A stretch of DNA of 32,387 nt, taken from contig DHXK01000099.1 of the NCBI GenBank assembly GCA_002413665.1, positions 1 through 32,387 on the forward strand, in the 5' to 3' direction. The notes under the pieces were generated by a model that was not told the origin of the DNA, made no database searches, and was given only the letters and a program-made list of their open reading frames with translations. The position numbers were made by a program, and so were the translations under genes. The DNA comes from Legionellales bacterium UBA5158. Lineage in GTDB: Bacteria > Pseudomonadota > Gammaproteobacteria > DSM-16500. This document shows positions 26,596 to 32,387 of the stretch, in pieces (positions within the stretch are counted from its first letter, which is position 1; every line of letters starts with the position of its first letter).

Positions 26596-28194
26596 CTAAA
26601 AAACGGGTAAAGTAAATCTTATCCAGCTTTGTTTGTTTGTATTGGGATTAATGGTAAATTGACCGCCGTGTGCTTCAATAATCGAGCGACAAATTGCTAA
26701 TCCCATGCCTCTTCCATGCGCTTTAGTCGTAAAAAATGGTCTAAATACTTTTGAAATTATTTCTCGAGAAAACCCTGGGCCTGTGTCACTGACCGTGATT
26801 TCAATGAATGATTCTTCTATAGGTTTTGTTTGTATATGTATTCTGCGATTGCGTGGCTCATCTTCTTTCATCGCTTCAATCGCATTTTGTATCATATTTA
26901 GCATAACTTGTTGGAGTTGAATTTTATCTGCAGATATGACGGGTAAATCTTTTGCTAGTTCAAAATCAATTTTTGTTTTTGATAAGTTTAGTTCACTACG
27001 TATAAAACTCGCTGTTTCACGAATGATGCTATTTACCTTGAAGGTTGTTTTAACTAATTGACCTTTACAAAAAAAGTTTTTTAAGCGATGAATGACTTCA
27101 CCCGCACGCTCTGCTTGAGCAACCGCTTTTTGCATTATTTCTGTTAACTGTGTTGCATCATCATTACCTTTTTGTAAATGATGCACGCAACCTCTAGTGT
27201 AATTGACGATAGCTGCTAAAGGTTGACTGATTTCATGTGCCATACCCGATGCCATTTCTTCCATTGTGCTTAAACGAAAGACATGAGCTAGCTGTTGTCC
27301 TCGTACACGTGCTTTTTTATCGAGTACTCGTTCATTTACGTCACGTGAGGCTGCCTGTATTTCTTTAATGAAATGTTTTTCTTCATCGCGAATTAAGCGT
27401 AGATTGCTTTCAAACCAACGATAATCGCCTTCTTTTCTGCGTATACGATAGGTGACAGTTTGATGATTAGGGGTTCGTTTGCGACGATTAAATACTTTTC
27501 TGACTTTGGCGACATCATCGTGGTGAATTAACTTAAATAAATTAAACCCAACTAATTCTTCCGCTGTATAACCTAGCCATGTTTTACAAGACACAGATAA
27601 ATAAAGGTAGGTTCCGTCAGTTGAATGTCGTGAAATGATATCAGTAGAATTTTCTGCTAATAAATGAAAACGTAACTCACTTTCGCGCAGAGTTCTTTCG
27701 TTTTGTTCTAATGTGTTAAGATTTTTGAGCATTAAAGATTGACTTAAAAATAATGCTTCACGATACTCATTATTTTCCGATAGCAGCTTATCTGATAGAT
27801 TTTTTAAGTCAGCAAATTCAGTCTTAATGTCTGAAATATTATGATGTATCAACAAAGCAACGGATTTGGCCGAATTAAGGGAAGCGAGTAAGGTAGCCGA
27901 GCTTTTGCAAACACCTTTAGTACCGCTCTTGTGATAGTAATCGGTCTCAGCTAACCATTTTTTTTGTTGAGGAAGTATATCTTGGATGATTTTTGGGAAA
28001 GGTTGGTTGTGTGCATAAATTAAATTGATAGAACGACCCAACACTTCTTTTTTAGAGTATCCAAAAAGTCCGGTCGCATGTTGATTCCAATCAAGGATGC
28101 GGCCTCCTTTATCAAGTAGCACTGCGCTTTCTGTAATAGCCTCAAAAAGCGAGTGAGCGTAATCTTCTTTCATACTTTGCTTATCCTTAAGCAC
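26596..28194 (-). CDS. Cytoplasmic PAS-PAS sensor histidine kinase (FixL-like)
   Basis: Two PAS domains, MAHEISQPL H-box, NMIQNA, DTGPG, PFFTTK and GMGLAIC motifs; no TM segment seen. Start at GTG 28194 or ATG 28173. Confidence 0.9.
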   Translation of the reverse strand: MLKDKQSMKEDYAHSLFEAITESAVLLDKGGRILDWNQHATGLFGYSKKEVLGRSINLIYAHNQPFPKIIQDILPQQKKWLAETDYYHKSGTKGVCKSSATLLASLNSAKSVALLIHHNISDIKTEFADLKNLSDKLLSENNEYREALFLSQSLMLKNLNTLEQNERTLRESELRFHLLAENSTDIISRHSTDGTYLYLSVSCKTWLGYTAEELVGFNLFKLIHHDDVAKVRKVFNRRKRTPNHQTVTYRIRRKEGDYRWFESNLRLIRDEEKHFIKEIQAASRDVNERVLDKKARVRGQQLAHVFRLSTMEEMASGMAHEISQPLAAIVNYTRGCVHHLQKGNDDATQLTEIMQKAVAQAERAGEVIHRLKNFFCKGQLVKTTFKVNSIIRETASFIRSELNLSKTKIDFELAKDLPVISADKIQLQQVMLNMIQNAIEAMKEDEPRNRRIHIQTKPIEESFIEITVSDTGPGFSREIISKVFRPFFTTKAHGRGMGLAICRSIIEAHGGQFTINPNTNKQSWIRFTLPVF

Positions 28195-28314
28195 GACCTT
28201 TAACTGTCCGATGTTTGAAAATAGTGTACTGCTTTCTTTGAACTTACGTTACTTATATCGCACTACGAGTATAATAGCATAACAAAATAGTAGCTGAAAA
28301 TTGTGAGAGTTAAT

Positions 28315-29670
28315 ATGAAAATTTATATTTTAGGAATTTGTGGCACTTTCATGGCCGGTGTTGCGCAATTAGCAAGACAAAGTGGTCATGAAGTATCAGG
28401 TTCTGATATGAATGTTTATCCTCCTATGAGTACGCAATTAGCAGCGCAAGGTATCCAATTAAATTCCGGCTTTGATCCATCGCATTTAGATCATACAGTA
28501 GATTGTGTCATTGTGGGTAATGTCATTAGTCGTGGTAATCCTTTAATGGAATTTATTTTAGAAAAAAAAATCCCATATCTCTCTGGACCCCAATGGTTGG
28601 CGCAAACTATTTTAAAGGATAGATGGGTTTTAGCGGTTGCAGGTACCCATGGAAAGACGACTACTACCAGTATATTGGCTTGGATGTTGGATTATGTGGG
28701 TTTTGTCCCTGGGTTTTTAGTCGGTGGTGTGCCAGAAAATTTTGGTGTATCTGCGCGCTTAGGCGATCAGCCTTATTTTGTGATTGAAGCGGATGAATAT
28801 GACAGTGCTTTTTTTGATAAACGTTCTAAGTTCATTCATTATCATCCCCAGACATTAATTTTAAATAACCTCGAATATGATCATGCGGATATTTTCCCGG
28901 ATCTTGCCGCCGTTAAAAAACAATTCCAATACCTTGTTAGAACGGTGCCGGGCAATGGACTTATTATTCGTCAAGCGCAAGATGAAAATATTTCTTCAGT
29001 GTTAGAGCAAGGGTGTTGGACGCCGACTGTCACGTTTAGTATGACAGAAGGTAATTGGCAAGCTAAATTAATACAGCCAGATGGCTCTGAGTTTGATGTT
29101 TATTATGATGATCAACTAGTAGGAAAAGTGACCTGGAGCTTATTAGGATTGCACAATGTTCAGAATGCTCTAGCAGCGCTGGCTGCTGCACATCATGTTC
29201 AGGCACCCATTGAGCTTGCGATTGAAAGCTTAAGTTCATTTAAAAACGTCAAGCGACGATTAGAGGTAAAGGGTCAACTTAAAGGCGTTACCCTGTATGA
29301 TGATTTTGCTCATCATCCTACCGCTATTGCCACGACATTGGCAGGTTTGCGTGCAAAAGTGGGCAAACAGAGAATTATAGTGGTTTTAGAGTTTGGATCT
29401 TATACTATGCGCACTGGGGTTCATAGGGATAGGCTTAAAGAGGCTCTTGTAGACGCAGATCTTGTAGTTTGTAAGCGTCCGGAAATGGATACTTGGGGGC
29501 TAGAAAAGGCTTTGCAGCAGCTATCTCAGCCTGCAATGTTATATAATGATGTTAATTCGTTGGTGGAAGGCTTGGCTAGCCAGGCGAAATCAGATGATCA
29601 TATTGTGGTTATGAGTAACTCTGGTTTTGATGGAATACATGAGAAGTTGTTAAAAGCTATAAAGTCATGA
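28315..29670 (+). CDS. mpl: UDP-N-acetylmuramate:L-Ala-gamma-D-Glu-mDAP ligase
   Basis: ILGICGTFM, GTHGKTTT, EADEYDSAFFDKRSKF and DDFAHHPTAI motifs. Confidence 0.95.
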   Translation: MKIYILGICGTFMAGVAQLARQSGHEVSGSDMNVYPPMSTQLAAQGIQLNSGFDPSHLDHTVDCVIVGNVISRGNPLMEFILEKKIPYLSGPQWLAQTILKDRWVLAVAGTHGKTTTTSILAWMLDYVGFVPGFLVGGVPENFGVSARLGDQPYFVIEADEYDSAFFDKRSKFIHYHPQTLILNNLEYDHADIFPDLAAVKKQFQYLVRTVPGNGLIIRQAQDENISSVLEQGCWTPTVTFSMTEGNWQAKLIQPDGSEFDVYYDDQLVGKVTWSLLGLHNVQNALAALAAAHHVQAPIELAIESLSSFKNVKRRLEVKGQLKGVTLYDDFAHHPTAIATTLAGLRAKVGKQRIIVVLEFGSYTMRTGVHRDRLKEALVDADLVVCKRPEMDTWGLEKALQQLSQPAMLYNDVNSLVEGLASQAKSDDHIVVMSNSGFDGIHEKLLKAIKS

Positions 29671-29723
29671 CTATATCCCTACTCCCCTTGTTGGAGAAGC
29701 AAAAAGCTAGCTAGGAGAAAACA

Positions 29724-29831
29724 ATGCAACATCCCAAAAAATATAACGATCAAATTTTTACGTGGCGTAGTGCTTTATTAGGGCTAGTCGCTTATTTAGT
29801 CGTCATACTGATAGTCTTACTCGTAGTTTAA
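29724..29831 (+). CDS. Unannotated 35-aa single-pass membrane protein
   Basis: AGGAGA RBS at 29713-18; MQHPKKYNDQIFTWRSALLGLVAYLVVILIVLLVV; the stop lies 9 nt before the apaG start. Confidence 0.7.
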   Translation: MQHPKKYNDQIFTWRSALLGLVAYLVVILIVLLVV

Positions 29832-29840
29832 AGGTAAACA

Positions 29841-30245
29841 ATGAAAGCTAAAAAGATCCCTATCCAAATTAAAACAGAAACCTATTATCTAGCTGATCAA
29901 TCTTCTGCAGAAAGTTATCGATATATTTGGTCGTATGATATTACGATCACGAATAATAGTGATGAAATTGTCCAATTATTAAATCGTTATTGGCGTATAA
30001 CGGATGGCAAAGGAAAAATTGAAGAAGTCAAAGGTCCAGGGGTGATTGGTTTGCAACCTATAATCAAACCGGGAAAAGAATTTGCTTACAGTAGTTTTTG
30101 TCAACTATCCACGACTCAAGGTGCAATGGAGGGACATTATGAACTGCAAACATTGGATGAGAAGCAGTTTATCGTTGAGATTCCAAAATTTGTTTTAACC
30201 TCGCCCTCTTCCAATGCGCATGCGTTGAGATCTAGATTGCATTAG
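29841..30245 (+). CDS. apaG: ApaG protein
   Basis: Y.ITI.N, QLLNRYW.ITD, V.GPGVIG.QP.I.PG and G.MEGHY motifs. Confidence 0.93.
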   Translation: MKAKKIPIQIKTETYYLADQSSAESYRYIWSYDITITNNSDEIVQLLNRYWRITDGKGKIEEVKGPGVIGLQPIIKPGKEFAYSSFCQLSTTQGAMEGHYELQTLDEKQFIVEIPKFVLTSPSSNAHALRSRLH

Positions 30246-31335
30246 ACATGTTTTTCGCTAAGTACTTTCGATGATGAATATGTTTTCTGTGGGTAGGGTA
30301 ATGCCTAGGAGATCTCTGTAAATATTTGTGCGCACGCACAAACTGTTTGATTTCACGAATGAGTGCTACTGAAATGTCAGATGTTTTATAAGATTTATTT
30401 TCTGCAGTTTTCTTTTCGCCACTGTCGTTATTGAAAGTTTTCTCTAGTTGTTCAATCACGTCATGATCGTGTGTAATAACAGCAAGCTCACGATTTTTAT
30501 CAATGGATGCGCGGGTTAAATTGATTGAACCTAGTGCTGCAGTTTTATCGTCAACAATAATAACTTTAGCGTGTATATAATAGTTTTTACTAATATAAAT
30601 AATGACACCAGCATGGGTCAGAAATGTAAATTTTTTATTAGGTTTTTTATCATGTGTAGAGGTGATAACAGAAATATTTACACCATTTTTAGCAGCCTTC
30701 GCTAGAGCACCAATAATTTGATAATCACTTAGCGTTTCTGCATATATTTTTATAGAGTATTTTGCATTTTGTATGAGGCTAAGTAATTTTTGACGGCTGT
30801 TATCTGGGCTCCATATTAAATCAGGTTGGTGTACGCTAATTTTTTTATGCTGATAATCTGAATCGAACACCTGCTGAATTTCATGAATTTCATTGGGGTC
30901 TGAAATTTTCAAAGCAAAATTGCGCTCATTTTTAAAAGTGGAATGGGTGAAATTGAATGTCATTACAATTGCATTTGTATGATCTGTTAATAATGTTTTT
31001 TGATGAGTGAGTTGGAAGTCGCCATCAGGCCAAATGAGAGAAATATGATAGGCTTGTAATTTGTCGGCCACTGTTTTATTTTCTGAATCTGCTTTGTAAG
31101 GATAATGTTGTAGTAATACCCTGACATTTCTGCCATTCTTTTTTGCATTATTCAACATGTCTGCAAATTGTAAATCTGTAAAGCCATACATGACTAAATC
31201 TATCGAAGATTTTGCATTATGAATAGCTTGTAAAATGGGGGTAGGGCCACGATCAGGTTCAATAATCAATTCTGTTTGAGCCCAGCAGATGGAAGTGAAA
31301 AAAGATAAAGATAAAATAGAAAACCAACGCAACAT
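30232..31335 (-). CDS. Phospholipase D superfamily protein with a signal peptide
   Basis: Two HKD motifs (HQKTLLTD, HAKVIIVD...GSINLT); signal-peptide-like N-terminus from ATG 31335, immediately after the recR stop. Confidence 0.85.
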   Translation of the reverse strand: MLRWFSILSLSFFTSICWAQTELIIEPDRGPTPILQAIHNAKSSIDLVMYGFTDLQFADMLNNAKKNGRNVRVLLQHYPYKADSENKTVADKLQAYHISLIWPDGDFQLTHQKTLLTDHTNAIVMTFNFTHSTFKNERNFALKISDPNEIHEIQQVFDSDYQHKKISVHQPDLIWSPDNSRQKLLSLIQNAKYSIKIYAETLSDYQIIGALAKAAKNGVNISVITSTHDKKPNKKFTFLTHAGVIIYISKNYYIHAKVIIVDDKTAALGSINLTRASIDKNRELAVITHDHDVIEQLEKTFNNDSGEKKTAENKSYKTSDISVALIREIKQFVRAHKYLQRSPRHYPTHRKHIHHRKYLAKNMSNAI

Positions 31336-31336
31336 G

Positions 31337-31933
31337 CTAAACAGTTTCTCTGCCTGCAAATGCGTGAGCTAATGTTCCGCTGTCTATAAATTCCAGTTCG
31401 CTACCGAGAGGCACACCATGAGCGATGCGTGTGGCTTTTATTTCATATTGCTTTACTAATTCAGAAATATAATGCGCCGTTGCTTCCCCTTCAACAGTAG
31501 GATTAGTCGCTAAGATAACTTCTTTGATCATGCCCTTTGCCAGCAACATAGTTAATTCTTTTATTCCAATTTCATCAGGGCCTATTCCATCTAAAGGGGA
31601 TAAATGTCCCATCAAAACAAAATATAAACCGCGAAATCCACCCATCTGTTCGACGGCTACCATATCGACTGGGCTTTCGACTATACAGAGTAGGCTGGCG
31701 TCACGATTAGGAGAGGTGCATAGCTTACATAGTTCAGTTTCGCTAAATGTGCGGCAGCTTTTGCAATGACCAATGTGCTCCATGGCTTCAAGCAAAATAT
31801 TGGCTAAGCGCTTACCATTGTCGCGGCCTCGCTCCAATAATTGAAATGCCATACGCTGGGCCGTTTTAGGCCCTACGCCTGGCAAGTATCGCAGTGCTTC
31901 AATAAGTCGTTCTAATAAAGGGCTGGATAACAT
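31337..31933 (-). CDS. recR: Recombination mediator RecR
   Basis: [14 protein letters not shown]4 zinc finger, [16 protein letters not shown] and TRIAHGVP motifs. Confidence 0.96.
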   Translation of the reverse strand: MLSSPLLERLIEALRYLPGVGPKTAQRMAFQLLERGRDNGKRLANILLEAMEHIGHCKSCRTFSETELCKLCTSPNRDASLLCIVESPVDMVAVEQMGGFRGLYFVLMGHLSPLDGIGPDEIGIKELTMLLAKGMIKEVILATNPTVEGEATAHYISELVKQYEIKATRIAHGVPLGSELEFIDSGTLAHAFAGRETV

Positions 31934-31939
31934 GCCGTC

Positions 31940-32269
31940 TTATTTCCCTGGTAAATCAAAACCATCTGGAAGCTTAAAGCCAGCTAATCCTGACATTCTA
32001 TCGCGTGTGCCTTTTTCAATTTTGTCACTAGCATCGTTAATAGCCGCCGCAATCAAATCTTCGATAACGGTTTTTTCTTCAGTTAGTAGGGTGGGGTCTA
32101 AAGTGACACGTTTTGCGTAATGTTGGCCTGTCATCACGATTTTTACGAGACCACCACCGGATTGGCCTGCTACTTCCATTTCAGCAATCTGTTTTTGGAT
32201 TTCTTGCATTTTTTTCTGCATTTCTTGTGCTTTTTTCATTAAATCGCCTAAGCCGGCTTTATTATTCAT
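31940..32269 (-). CDS. ybaB: YbaB/EbfC nucleoid-associated protein
   Basis: MKKAQEMQ, GQSGGGLV and EDLIAAAINDA motifs; adjacent to recR. Confidence 0.94.
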   Translation of the reverse strand: MNNKAGLGDLMKKAQEMQKKMQEIQKQIAEMEVAGQSGGGLVKIVMTGQHYAKRVTLDPTLLTEEKTVIEDLIAAAINDASDKIEKGTRDRMSGLAGFKLPDGFDLPGK

Positions 32270-32354
32270 GGTGAATCCTCGTTTTGTTCAGATGGGAAGT
32301 ATTCTAACAAAGCTCTAAAGTCATAGCAATTTTCTATAAAGCCATGACAGTTTT

Positions 32355-32387
32355 CCTTCTCCTTTTGTGGGAGAAGGTGCCCGTAGG
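32355..32387. repeat. Start of a CCTTCTCC...GGAGAAGG palindromic repeat, truncated by the window end
   Basis: CCTTCTCC-ttttgtg-GGAGAAGG-TGCCCGTAGG, GC-rich against the AT-rich background. Confidence 0.55.

Noticed and set aside
1..32387. tRNA/rRNA genes, transposases, integrases, prophage genes
   Set aside because: None recognisable by eye; a tRNAscan/Infernal run would be needed to exclude small RNAs formally.

Overview
AT-rich chromosomal window from a gammaproteobacterium. Gene content, repeat families and PmrA-like boxes suggest Legionellales/Coxiellaceae (inference). Housekeeping genes (rluB, scpB, scpA, Sua5-type tsaC, icd, murF, pabB/pabA, a ParB paralog, a PilT-family ATPase, PPi-type PFK, Usp, a FixL/FixJ-like pair, mpl, apaG, a PLD-family enzyme, recR, ybaB) alternate with orphan effector-like genes and four families of palindromic intergenic repeats. 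The most striking unannotated feature lies in the apparent 1-kb intergenic gap at 16499-17544. It holds a predicted transcription unit (sigma70-like promoter, Rho-independent terminator) with three tandem ORFs of exactly 17 codons. Each has a GGAGG ribosome-binding site and ends in W-x-L-x-T-E-T-stop, and a 7-codon T-x-T-stop mini-ORF follows them. Other highlights: an internally duplicated membrane protein with a Fur box over its promoter; a J-domain/HEAT-like protein; a double WD40-like protein bracketed by inverted REP copies; a GAF-PAS-GGDEF-EAL gene split by a 1-nt frameshift and lying between scpA and scpB; and a missed 35-aa membrane protein upstream of apaG. All calls come from reading the sequence; no searches were run.
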